Below, in pieces: positions 42,005 through 50,930 of a stretch of 64,000 bases of DNA. Source of the stretch: Kofleriaceae bacterium. Lineage in GTDB: Bacteria; Myxococcota_A; Polyangia; Haliangiales; Haliangiaceae. The DNA lies in assembly GCA_965215005.1 (NCBI GenBank), contig CBDCCZ010000004.1, forward strand, positions 256,001-320,000, read 5' to 3'. Under the pieces are notes generated by a model, which saw only the letters and a program-made list of their open reading frames with translations, ran no database searches and was not told the origin of the DNA. The translations under genes and the position numbers were made by a program. Each line of letters opens with the position of its first letter. Positions within the stretch are counted from its first letter, which is position 1.

Positions 42005-43087
42005 ATGTCCAGACGGAACCCCAGGCCAACCGATGTCCTGGTGGCCGAGAGCCCGGTCATGCAAGCCGTGGTTCATCGGGTCACCGAGCTCGCCGAAGGC
42101 GACGCTCCGGTGCTGATCCAGGGAGAGCGCGGCTCCGGGCGCGAGCTCATTGCGCGGGTCTTGCATCTGTCGAGTCGGCGGGGCCGTGCCGAGTTCGTCG
42201 CGGTGCACGCCGAGCTCGCTCCGAAGGTGCTGCACTACGACGCCGCACGCGCTACCTCGGCTTCGACCTTGCGCTCTGCCCAGGGCGGCACGCTGCTCAT
42301 CAAGGACGTGTGCGACCTGCCGATCGAGTCGCAGCGCCGGCTGCGCGAGCTGCTCGGCTGCGGCGAGGCGGCCGCCGCGGAGGCTTCGAAGGATGGGTAC
42401 GACGTGCGGGTGGTGGGCTCGTGCGATGCGGTGCTCGGCGCGGCGGTCGAGGCCGAGGTGTTTGCGCGCGATCTCTATCAGGCGCTCGAGCAGAGCGCGA
42501 TCGACGTGCCGCCGCTGCGCGAGCGCACCGCGGACATCGTGCCGCTAGCGGAACAGTGCTTGCGACACTTCGCGCGCGAGCTCGGTCGCGGCCGGATGTC
42601 ATTCTCAGCGCGCGGACACGAGCGCCTGTTGGCCTATCCGTGGCCCGGCAACGTCGCCGAGCTCAAGAGCATGACGCGGCGGCTGGTGTTATCGGCTAGC
42701 GCGCCGCGAATCGGCGCCGATGAAATCAACGCGCTGTTGCCACCGGTGACGCATCGAGTGCCGCTCGAGGACATCTCGTTCGAGGAGATGATCAAGAGTC
42801 AGCTGGCGGAGTTTTTGCGTAAAGTCGAGGGCTACCCGATCGAGAACCTCTACGATGAGGTCCTGGCACGCGTCGAAAAACCGCTACTGGACCTAGTCAT
42901 GCAGCGCACCGGCGGCAATCAAGTGAAAGCAGCCGAGATTTTGGGTCTAAACCGCAATACATTGCGTCGGAAGCTCACGGAGCGGGGCATCAAGACGCCT
43001 GTGAGAGATGGCCGCGCGGTGAAAACGCGTCGGCAGACCAGCAAACGCAAGAGCACCACGCGCCGCGGCTCGCGACGCACCGGATGA
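42005..43087 (+). CDS. Degenerate sigma54-activator AAA+ domain fused to a Fis-like HTH domain
   Basis: VLIQGERGSGRE, VPPLRER and YPWPGNVAEL, with no GAFTGA loop. C-terminal NLYDEVLARVEKPLLDLVMQRTGGNQVKAAEILGLNRNTLRRKL. Confidence 0.88.
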   Translation: MSRRNPRPTDVLVAESPVMQAVVHRVTELAEGDAPVLIQGERGSGRELIARVLHLSSRRGRAEFVAVHAELAPKVLHYDAARATSASTLRSAQGGTLLIKDVCDLPIESQRRLRELLGCGEAAAAEASKDGYDVRVVGSCDAVLGAAVEAEVFARDLYQALEQSAIDVPPLRERTADIVPLAEQCLRHFARELGRGRMSFSARGHERLLAYPWPGNVAELKSMTRRLVLSASAPRIGADEINALLPPVTHRVPLEDISFEEMIKSQLAEFLRKVEGYPIENLYDEVLARVEKPLLDLVMQRTGGNQVKAAEILGLNRNTLRRKLTERGIKTPVRDGRAVKTRRQTSKRKSTTRRGSRRTG

Positions 43088-43099
43088 GGGGAGGCAACC

Positions 43100-44626
43100 A
43101 TGGGACTCAAAGCTCGAACGGCCAGCGCCTCGACGCGCGAGGCGTCCACCACGACGACGGGCGCACGCAAGGCCGCGGCGAAGTCAAAGGCGACGGCGAA
43201 AGGGGCGGCAGGCAAGACCGCGAAGGCTCGCGCAGCGGGCAAGGGCGGCAAGGCGACCGGCAAGGCTGGGAAGAACGCCGCGGCGAAAGCGACGTCGGCC
43301 AAGGCGGGCGGCAAGGCTGGGAAGAACGCCGCGGCGAAGGCGTCGTCGGCTAAGGCGGGCGGCAAGGCTGGGAAGAACGCCGCGGCGAAGGCGACGTCGG
43401 GCAAGGCGGGCGGCAAGGCTGGGAAGAACGCCGCGGCGAAGGCGACGTCGGCCAAGGCGGGCGGCAAGGCTGGGAAGAACGCCGCGGCGAAAGCGACGTC
43501 GGCCAAGGCGGGCGGCAAGGCTGGGAAGAACGCCGCGGCGAAAGCGACGTCGGCCAAGGCGGGCGGCAAGGCTGGCAAGAACGCCGCGGCGAAGGCGTCG
43601 TCGGCCAAGGCGGGCGGCAAGGCTGGCAAGAACGCCGCGGCGAAGGCATCGTCGGGCAAGGCGGCTAAGGCTGCGGCAGGCAAGCCCGCGGCCGTCGCAA
43701 AGGCGGGCGCAAACGGCAAGCGCGGGTCTAACGCTGGCGGGGCGGCAAGCAGCGCGTCCGGGCGACGGACCACCGGCCGAGTGCCGGAGGAGACCACGGC
43801 TGCCGGCGCTGGTGCACGCGACTCGGCGTCCAACGGTCAAGCGCCTCGGTCGAAAGCCGCCAAGTCAAATTCGATTCCCGCACGCCGGGCGGCGGCGCGC
43901 GTGCAAGCGACCCCGGCGGGCCTTGCCTCCGAAGCGGTCATGGAAGAGGAAGTGCCGGAGGATGATGAGGCCTGGACGCCTGCGGACCGAGCCAACGCAG
44001 TGTCCGCGCGAGGGCGCGGAAGCGCCAGCGACGAGAAGCGCGACCTCAGCGATGACGATGAGCGCGACCTCGATGAGGAGGATGAAGACGAGGACGAGGA
44101 CGAGCCCACCGCCTTGAGCCGCGATGCTGGCGACGAAGATGAGCTGTCAGCCTCAGTCGATGACGAGGGTGAAGACGATGAGGACGAGGACGAGTTATCG
44201 GCCTCCGCCGGTGATGAGGAAGACGAGGACTTCGAGGAGGAAGACGAGGACGACATATCGGCCTCAGAAGCCTCCGAGGACGAGGACGATCCGGTGTCGG
44301 CCTATATCGCGCGGCTCGATGCCTCAGTTCGCGACGTCACTTCCACCCTGCGCACGCTGATCCGCGAATCGGCGCCGGACGCGACCGAATCTGTCAAATG
44401 GGGCATGCTGAACTACGCGCTGCAGGAGAACCTGTTGTACGTGGATGCCAAGCCCAGCCACGTGAATCTTGGCTTCTTTCACGGCGCTGAGCTCGACGAC
44501 CCGCACGGCCTGTTGCGTGGCGCCGGCAATAAGCTGCGTCACGTCAAGGTCGCCGATGAAAGCACCTTGGGCACCGATGCGTTGCGCGACTTGGTGCGCG
44601 CTGCCGTCAGTCGCGCGCGCAGCTAA
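43100..44626 (+). CDS. Histone H1-like Lys/Ala repeats, acidic tract and C-terminal DUF1801 (YdhG-like) domain
   Basis: GGGGAGG RBS, 8x KAGKNAAAK repeats and a D/E-rich tract. C-terminal LRTLIRESAPDATESVKWG...HVNLGFFHGAELDDPHGLLRGAGNKLRHVK matches DUF1801. Confidence 0.85.
   Translation: MGLKARTASASTREASTTTTGARKAAAKSKATAKGAAGKTAKARAAGKGGKATGKAGKNAAAKATSAKAGGKAGKNAAAKASSAKAGGKAGKNAAAKATSGKAGGKAGKNAAAKATSAKAGGKAGKNAAAKATSAKAGGKAGKNAAAKATSAKAGGKAGKNAAAKASSAKAGGKAGKNAAAKASSGKAAKAAAGKPAAVAKAGANGKRGSNAGGAASSASGRRTTGRVPEETTAAGAGARDSASNGQAPRSKAAKSNSIPARRAAARVQATPAGLASEAVMEEEVPEDDEAWTPADRANAVSARGRGSASDEKRDLSDDDERDLDEEDEDEDEDEPTALSRDAGDEDELSASVDDEGEDDEDEDELSASAGDEEDEDFEEEDEDDISASEASEDEDDPVSAYIARLDASVRDVTSTLRTLIRESAPDATESVKWGMLNYALQENLLYVDAKPSHVNLGFFHGAELDDPHGLLRGAGNKLRHVKVADESTLGTDALRDLVRAAVSRARS
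43262..43663 (+). repeat. 51-bp coding tandem repeat, about 8 copies
   Basis: Unit AAGGCTGG(G/C)AAGAACGCCGCGGCGAA(A/G)GCG(A/T)CGTCGGCCAAGGCGGGCGGC, starting at 43262 and every 51 bp through 43619. Confidence 0.95.
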
Positions 44627-44640
44627 TCCCGCAATCCCGG

Positions 44641-44698
44641 GCCGCCGCATCCTCGACGTGCGGCGGTCCCTCGGACCGCCCGTGCGGCGGTCCCTCGG
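44641..44698 (+). repeat. GC hairpin plus 18-bp direct repeat downstream of the operon (possible terminator)
   Basis: GCCGCCGCA...TGCGGCGGT stem. CGTGCGGCGGTCCCTCGG occurs at 44657 and 44681. No U-tract. Confidence 0.4.
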
Positions 44699-45090
44699 CT
44701 CGATACCGACGTCTTTGCATGACGCACGCGCTTCACGTGGTCGAGCGCCGCGGCTCTCGAGTGCGCCGCTCCTACCACAGTGTGCTGGCGCCGTTGTCGC
44801 GTCCGGCCTTAAGCGTGGGCGCCAGCAGTGTCGGCTGCTGCAGCGCCTGATCGACCGCGACTTGCGCGACTTTCGCTGCCTTTGTGATGCCCGCACCTTA
44901 GCTTTGCGTCGGTTTAGTCGTTCCTGCTTGACACGGACTTCTCCTATCGCACACTGCTAAGTCTTGGGACGAGATGCCACGATAACGCCTCCGGCGTATA
45001 AGGCACGAGCCAACGGTCTCCTCGGCATATTCTCATCTCACCATTGGCGCGGCGGAATGGTCGGTTCCCTTCAACGGAAGGCGCGTTGAC

Positions 45091-46032
45091 GTGTTCTTCG
45101 GCGTTCACGCTCCCGACCAGCGCTTGCAGGCATTGTTCTGCTCAGAAATTGCCGAGCAGGCTGGCGCCCTCGAGACCATGAGTCTGCAGCTTCTCCAGGG
45201 CCTCGACCGTCTCGACGGGGTCACCCACCTCCTGCACGGTCTCAAGGGCGACTGTCAGGTCATGGGCCACGCCGACCTGGTGGCCCACCTCGACCGGCTG
45301 GAAGATGAGCTCCAGGGTGTTCGCGCCGGCCATCGCGAGCTTCACGCCGTTGCGCCTCGATTGCTCGAGGTCGTCGAGCGACTCCGAGCTGTCGCCGGCG
45401 TTGCGCGCCCCCACGGCGACTTCGCTTCCACCACCAGCGATGCCTGGCGAGCCGGGCTCGTCGTGTGGCTGCTGCGCGTCGCCGCACACGCCGCGGAGCG
45501 TGTCGAGCATCCGGCGGAGCTGCTCGTGACCTGCGGCCTCGGTGACTACTCGGTCGAGCCCGCGCATCGTCGGCTGCTCGTCGAGGTCTTGCCGCACCTG
45601 ATTCGCAACGCCGTCGTTCACGGTATTGAGCCGGCCTCGGTGCGCCAACAGCGTAGCAAGCCGCCTCTGGGGCGGATCGAGCTCGTGCTCCGCCACACCG
45701 AGAGCACTCTCATCGCGAGCATCTCCGACGATGGTGGCGGCTTCGACGACGCTGCCTTGCTCGCCTCGGCCGCGCGCATCGGGCGGGTCGCCTTCGCCAA
45801 CGCCGCGGCACTCGATGGTCCGGCTCGCCATCGCCTGGCGCTGGAGCTTGGCGTCTCGACCCGCGCCAGCTCCCTCTCCGGTCGCGGCATTGGCCTGCAC
45901 ATCGCTGCCACAGCGACCGAAGCCGCCGGCGGCGCGATCGACATCGCCACCGGCGCCTCCACCGGCACCACCGTCACGATCTCCCTGCCTGCGAGCACCT
46001 CCCCCCGCCGCGACGTCGCGTTCTCCGACTGA
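45091..46032 (+). CDS. Compact CheA-like kinase (Hpt + HATPase only)
   Basis: Hpt LHGLKG. CheA-type HLIRNAVVHGIE...GRIEL, plus ISDDGGG, SGRGIGL and GTTVTISLP. No CheW domain. Confidence 0.82.
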   Translation: MFFGVHAPDQRLQALFCSEIAEQAGALETMSLQLLQGLDRLDGVTHLLHGLKGDCQVMGHADLVAHLDRLEDELQGVRAGHRELHAVAPRLLEVVERLRAVAGVARPHGDFASTTSDAWRAGLVVWLLRVAAHAAERVEHPAELLVTCGLGDYSVEPAHRRLLVEVLPHLIRNAVVHGIEPASVRQQRSKPPLGRIELVLRHTESTLIASISDDGGGFDDAALLASAARIGRVAFANAAALDGPARHRLALELGVSTRASSLSGRGIGLHIAATATEAAGGAIDIATGASTGTTVTISLPASTSPRRDVAFSD

Positions 46033-46112
46033 CGCCGCGGCGCGTGCGATGCGATACAGTGCCTGTCGTTGCGGCCGCTCTTAGAGCTCTGCCGTCGCAG
46101 CAAGCTCTGCTC

Positions 46113-46727
46113 ATGGGCCAGTTTTTCAACCTTCCCAATCTCGTCACCATGACCGGCATCGCTGCGGGCGTCGGCTGTGCCCTCTCCGCGGCCGCCGGAG
46201 CCGTCCCCGGTGCACTCGCTCTGCTGATCGTCGCCGGCATCTGCGACCTCTTCGATGGGCTGCTCGCCCGAAGAGTCGTCCTTACTGACCAAGCCCGACT
46301 CTTCGGAGCCCGCCTCGACAGCATCGCCGACATGGCGTCCTTTGGCCTCGCTCCCTCGGTGTTGCTCTATGCCGCCGGCCTGCAGTCGCCGCTGGAGGTG
46401 CTGCTCCTTATCCTCTTCACCGGCTGCGCCGCCTGGCGCCTGGCGTACTTCGATACCGTCGGTATGACGACGACCGGCACCACCAGCTACTACACCGGCT
46501 TGCCCACCACCTACGTAGCGCTCGTGTTGCCGCTCATGCTCCTCAGCGGCTTTCTAGGCGCGGCCACCATGCGGGTGATCGCAATCGTCACTGCTGTAAC
46601 GTTGGCCGCTGCCATGGTGAGCAGCGTGAAGATTCCCAAGCCGCGCGGCATTTGGTACCTCCTGTTTCCGCTGCTCGCCGTCGTGCTGCTCGTCGTCTAC
46701 GTATCCCTCGCCGACCGCTGGGGCTGA
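46113..46727 (+). CDS. CDP-alcohol phosphatidyltransferase (PssA-like)
   Basis: NLPNLVT, DLFDGLLAR, GARLDSIADMASFG, RLAYF and YTGLPT. Confidence 0.88.
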   Translation: MGQFFNLPNLVTMTGIAAGVGCALSAAAGAVPGALALLIVAGICDLFDGLLARRVVLTDQARLFGARLDSIADMASFGLAPSVLLYAAGLQSPLEVLLLILFTGCAAWRLAYFDTVGMTTTGTTSYYTGLPTTYVALVLPLMLLSGFLGAATMRVIAIVTAVTLAAAMVSSVKIPKPRGIWYLLFPLLAVVLLVVYVSLADRWG

Positions 46728-46766
46728 TCGGGCATCGCCTGCGCGCTCGGGGTCAAGCGCACCCGC

Positions 46767-46990
46767 TCAGCGTACGTCGACTCCGGCGACGTCGTAGAGC
46801 TCGTCGATGGCAAACGCGAAGCCGAGCGATGGTAGCTCGAACACTTGACCGGCCATCGCGACGCTGTAAATCCACGCGGTCGCCGTTCGCCTCCAGACCT
46901 CGATGCGGCGCCGATCCTGCGCAACGAGGACGTACTCCTGCAGCGAATCGAGCTGCTGGTAGTAGACGCGCTTTTGCTCGCGATCGCTGC
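46767..46990 (-). pseudogene. C-terminal remnant of a Uma2/DUF820 endonuclease
   Basis: DREQKRVYYQQLDSLQEYVLVAQDRRRIEVWRR...LPSLG...IDELY. I found no PD or VEVLS motif upstream. Confidence 0.75.
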
Positions 46991-47206
46991 GAGTCCAGCA
47001 TTCACCAACGGCTGATCGGTCGTCGGCGCTGGGGTGTGGCAACGAGCCACCGCGACGTACGTGGCGAGGAACCCACGGTTTTTTTGCTCGTAACGCAGGG
47101 CCGCGGCCACGCAACGACTGGATCCCGGGTGCTAGCATGGAAGCGATTTGCGCAGCGCGGAGCTTCCTTGGAGGCTCGGGCGCGATAGGGGCGCGATCGG
47201 GGAACC

Positions 47207-47944
47207 ATGCCTACGATAGACACACGCGAGGTCGAATCGTTTTACAAGAGTGCAGCGCTGGGGCTCGGTGCGTTGGATGCCAAGCCGGGGCAGCGGCGGC
47301 GGTTTGGGGGGGAGGCGGATGCGCGGTGGAAGGGGTTTGCGGGGCAGCTGACGGCGGCGGATCGGCTCGATTTGGTGATTCGGGATGCGGCGGTGCAGCA
47401 TGGGGCGGGGTTTGCGCCGCGGGTGATCTTTGGGTTGCCGGGGCTGGCGGAGGATGAGCCGTTTGGGCCGGGGTGGACGGGTTGGGAGGTGCGCAAGAGC
47501 GAGGCGGTGTTTCGGCAGGTGACCGACTTCGACACGCAGGCTGCGTTGGCGGCGGCGGCGGGGGCGTGGGGGCTGGAGGCACAGGGGCTCGAGGCGGCGG
47601 TGCTCGCGGGCATTTCGCCGGCGAGTAAGGTTGTTGTGGCGGGGGCTGGGGCGATGTTGGCGCTGGCGGCGCATTTCGAGGGGGCGAGCAATCTGGATCT
47701 TGCGGACCAGGTGCTGGTCGTCGCTGGGCATCCGGGGGAGCGCCAGCTGTTTGGTTTGGCGGTGGCGCTGGTGGGGGGCTCGCGGGCGGCGCAGCTTTTA
47801 TCGCCCAGCGACGACTCCAAGGGGATGGCCAGCGCGGCGGAAGCTGCGGGCTTTGCGCAGGTCGACCTGGCGCTGATTTCTGCCGATGCGGCGCCGCACG
47901 AGCGCGCGGCGGCGGAGGGGTTGGCGGCGGTGCTGGGGGCGTAG
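47207..47944 (+). CDS. Hypothetical protein directly upstream of pglW
   Basis: 245-aa Ala/Gly-rich ORF with a GGGA RBS-like sequence, ending 26 bp before pglW. Confidence 0.7.
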   Translation: MPTIDTREVESFYKSAALGLGALDAKPGQRRRFGGEADARWKGFAGQLTAADRLDLVIRDAAVQHGAGFAPRVIFGLPGLAEDEPFGPGWTGWEVRKSEAVFRQVTDFDTQAALAAAAGAWGLEAQGLEAAVLAGISPASKVVVAGAGAMLALAAHFEGASNLDLADQVLVVAGHPGERQLFGLAVALVGGSRAAQLLSPSDDSKGMASAAEAAGFAQVDLALISADAAPHERAAAEGLAAVLGA

Positions 47945-47970
47945 CGCCAAGCACGCAGTCAAGTAACTGG

Positions 47971-50253
47971 ATGCTGTCGAACAACCGCATACTCGTGTCT
48001 GGGCAGTCGCCTCATCCCTGGGAGCAGGAGGCGATTGAGTTTGCCCGCAAGGCGCTGCCGGATCGCGATCCGATTTGCGTGGCGGAGCTGTTCGATTTGG
48101 TCGATGGCAGCGGGCGCCGCTACGACATCGATCTGCTGGTGATTGGCCGGCATGCGGTGTACGTGGTCGAGATCAAGAGCCACCCGGGAACCATCACCGG
48201 CGATAGTCGCGACTGGACTGTCACGTTTCCCACCGGCGGCAAGAAGATCCTTCCCAACCCGCTCGAGCTCACCAACTACAAGGCCAGAATTCTGGCCAGC
48301 TTGCTCCGCAAGCAGCTCGGCAATTCGTGTCCGTACGTGCAGGCGCTGTGCTTCGTTTCCGATCCGGACGTCAAGGTCGCGCTGGCCGGGCCGGCGCGCC
48401 ACGGCGTGGTCACGCGCAAGAATTTCCTCCGCGCCATCGACTATGGCGAGTTTCCCGGCGCGCCCACCAACCTCACCCGCCGGGTCATCGATCGGCCGAT
48501 GCTGCGCGACCTGCGCCAGGCCTTACAGACGATAGGCATCAAGCCGAGCGTTGGCGCTCTGCAGGTGGATGGCTTCCGCCTCACCGACCTCCTCGAAGTC
48601 ACCGACACCTATCAAGATCACCTGGGCATCAATGCGTCGATGCGCAAATTGCGCCGACGCATTCGCACCTACAACGTTCCGCGCACCACCACCCAAGAGC
48701 AGCGCGATCGCGTGGCTCGCGCCGCCGAGCGCGAGGCCCAGCATCTGGCCACGCTCTCCGACCACCGCCACATCCTCGGCCTGATGGGCTACCACCCAGA
48801 GGGCCCGCTCGGCGGCCCGTGCGTGCTGTTCGAGCACTTCGAAGACGCGGTCCCGCTCGATGCCTTCGTGCGCACCGAGAAGGAGCGCACCGGCGCCGAT
48901 CTGTCGCTCGACGACAAGCTCAGCCTCCTCGAGCAAATCGCCGACGCCCTCGACTATTGCCATCGCAAGGGCGTGTATCACCGCGGCCTGCACCCCGGCT
49001 CCATCTTGGTGCGTCGCGGCGAGAGCAGCCTGCAGGTGCGCGTCTACAACTTCCACCTGGCCGCGCGCGAAGGTGGAAGCCTGGGAACACGGCATATCTC
49101 CAACCTCGGACCGGACAGCTCGGTGGTCTATCGCGCACCCGAGGTCATCGAAAACCCGGACGCCGCCGAAGCCGCCAGCGATCTCTTTTCCCTCGGCGCC
49201 ATCGCCTATTTCCTTCTCACCGGCCGTCCGCCCGGCACCACCTTGGCCGAACGCCACGCGCTCATGGCCCCCGGCTATTTGTCGCTCGCGGTGGCGCGCG
49301 ATGATCTCAACATTCCCGCGATCGAGGAACAGAAGTCTCTCGAAGACATCGTCGCATTCGCCACCTTTATCAATCCCCTCGACCGCTACACCAGCGCTGT
49401 CAAATGGGTCGAAGAGCTACTTGCGGTCGCCACCGCGCCCGCCGAAGTTCCCGCGCCGACCTTCGTCCACCCGCTGCAAGCGCGCGCCGATCAGCTCATC
49501 GCCGCCGACATGCGCGTCGAAAAAGTCCTCGGCTCCGGCTCGAGCGCCCGCGCGCTCTTGGTCGCAACTAACGACGGCCAACGCGCGCTCAAAGTCTCGC
49601 TATCCGAAGACCACGACTACCGCCTCGAGCAGGAAGCCAAGGCCCTCCAGCGCCTCGATAGCTCGCGCATCGTGCGCCTCTACGAGGTGCGCCACTTCGA
49701 TGGCCGCCCCGGCCTGGTCCTCACCTATGGCGGCGACAGCCTCGCCGATTACCTCCGCGAGCACGGCCCGGTCAGCCTCGATTACGCCCGCCGCTGGGGC
49801 GATGACCTGCTCCTGGGCGTCGAAGAGCTCGAGCAAAAGCAGGTCCAGCACCGCGACATCAAGCCCGCCAACGTCGCCGTCGACGACGCCAGCTCCAAGC
49901 GCCAAAAGCACCTGCGCCTGTTCGACCTATCCATGACCGCGACCCCGCCGGACGCGTTCACCGCCGGCACCCCCGCCTATCGCGACCCATTCTTGCCGGC
50001 CCGCGGCGTGTGGGACGAAGCCGCCGATCGCTACGCCGCCGCCATCACCTTGCACGAGATGCTCACCGGCACCCGCCCGCGCTGGGGCGAGGACGACAAT
50101 CGATGTGGCGGGTCTGTTCGCCTGGTGCCGATCACGCCGGCGGTCATTGCCAATTCGGAGAATTCTGCTGATGTCCAACGAAACCTGTGGACCTGTCCGA
50201 TACGTCGCGAATCAAGTCAGCAGTGCGCGGCACTCGATTTATCGCTGGTTTAA
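47971..50253 (+). CDS. pglW: PglW (NERD nuclease + two kinase-like domains), truncated near 50100
   Basis: NERD SPHPWEQEA...IDLLV...VEIKSHPG...NPL. Kinase 1 HRGLHPGSILV...YRAPE. Kinase 2 LGSGSS...ALKV...HRDIKPAN...GTPAYRDPF...HEMLTG. The final ~50 codons look like unrelated read-through. Confidence 0.85.
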   Translation: MLSNNRILVSGQSPHPWEQEAIEFARKALPDRDPICVAELFDLVDGSGRRYDIDLLVIGRHAVYVVEIKSHPGTITGDSRDWTVTFPTGGKKILPNPLELTNYKARILASLLRKQLGNSCPYVQALCFVSDPDVKVALAGPARHGVVTRKNFLRAIDYGEFPGAPTNLTRRVIDRPMLRDLRQALQTIGIKPSVGALQVDGFRLTDLLEVTDTYQDHLGINASMRKLRRRIRTYNVPRTTTQEQRDRVARAAEREAQHLATLSDHRHILGLMGYHPEGPLGGPCVLFEHFEDAVPLDAFVRTEKERTGADLSLDDKLSLLEQIADALDYCHRKGVYHRGLHPGSILVRRGESSLQVRVYNFHLAAREGGSLGTRHISNLGPDSSVVYRAPEVIENPDAAEAASDLFSLGAIAYFLLTGRPPGTTLAERHALMAPGYLSLAVARDDLNIPAIEEQKSLEDIVAFATFINPLDRYTSAVKWVEELLAVATAPAEVPAPTFVHPLQARADQLIAADMRVEKVLGSGSSARALLVATNDGQRALKVSLSEDHDYRLEQEAKALQRLDSSRIVRLYEVRHFDGRPGLVLTYGGDSLADYLREHGPVSLDYARRWGDDLLLGVEELEQKQVQHRDIKPANVAVDDASSKRQKHLRLFDLSMTATPPDAFTAGTPAYRDPFLPARGVWDEAADRYAAAITLHEMLTGTRPRWGEDDNRCGGSVRLVPITPAVIANSENSADVQRNLWTCPIRRESSQQCAALDLSLV

Positions 50254-50361
50254 TCGTGAGGCCTCGTCAACGAACGTCGACCGGCTTTGGCGCATTAGAC
50301 GGACCCACGCGGGCCACACCGCAAGTCACAGTCCCCAGCACGCTGGCGAGAAGGCGTGGAC

Positions 50362-50928
50362 ATGACAGGCGTCACGCCGACCGACTTCGACCGCTTGTTT
50401 AAGCTTCGCCTCGTCGTGGCTCGCCATGGCGAGATGGACGCGGCCAAGTGGTGGAATACACAGGGAATACTGGGTCGCCGCGGGGAACTGCTGCTCAAGC
50501 GCGGTTTCCCATCGACGCACTACTTCGCCCAGGCCCGCATTGTGTTCGAGGTGGCTAAGAGCCGGTGCCATGAGCTGTTCGCCCCGCCGGGCTGCATGAC
50601 GTTGTGGAGCTTGCCTGCCGAGGTGGAAGAGCAGTTTCAGGAGCATTGGCAGGGTTGGCTCGACGAAATCGACGAGTGGGCACCGGTGTTTCAGATGGTC
50701 GCGCATCACTCGGGCAAGGACCTGCTCGAAGCGCTCGGCGAGCTCGATCTTGTCGCTCAGCCCCAACTCGATGCGGTCGCGAAGCTCCGACGGTCGGCCG
50801 AGAATCGGGCGGTGCCCATCTCCGGTACGTTCCGCCCCAACGACGACATCATCACGCTGCTCGCTGCCGGATTCGCCCGCGGCGAGACCGGCAGCCCCGC
50901 CATTCCTTACGCGAGGCTGGAAGCGTAG
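50362..50928 (+). CDS. brxE: BrxE-family protein
   Basis: LRLVVARHGEMD..KWW...GFPSTHYFAQAR...TLWSLP. First gene of the brxABC run. Confidence 0.82.
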   Translation: MTGVTPTDFDRLFKLRLVVARHGEMDAAKWWNTQGILGRRGELLLKRGFPSTHYFAQARIVFEVAKSRCHELFAPPGCMTLWSLPAEVEEQFQEHWQGWLDEIDEWAPVFQMVAHHSGKDLLEALGELDLVAQPQLDAVAKLRRSAENRAVPISGTFRPNDDIITLLAAGFARGETGSPAIPYARLEA

Positions 50929-50930
50929 AC

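Noticed and set aside
43262..43663. CRISPR array
   Set aside because: The units are contiguous 51-bp in-frame coding repeats with no unique spacers, and there are no cas genes.
44965..45040. c-di-GMP/cGAMP (GEMM) or guanidine-II riboswitch
   Set aside because: Only fragments resemble these classes. The GNRA hairpin and 3' strand of GEMM are missing, and there is only one short ACGA hairpin.
50100..50360. Operator or att site in the brxE upstream region (CTGCTGA...TCAGCAG)
   Set aside because: A 7-bp inverted pair with a long spacer is too weak to call, and no integrase or BrxR-type regulator is present in the window.
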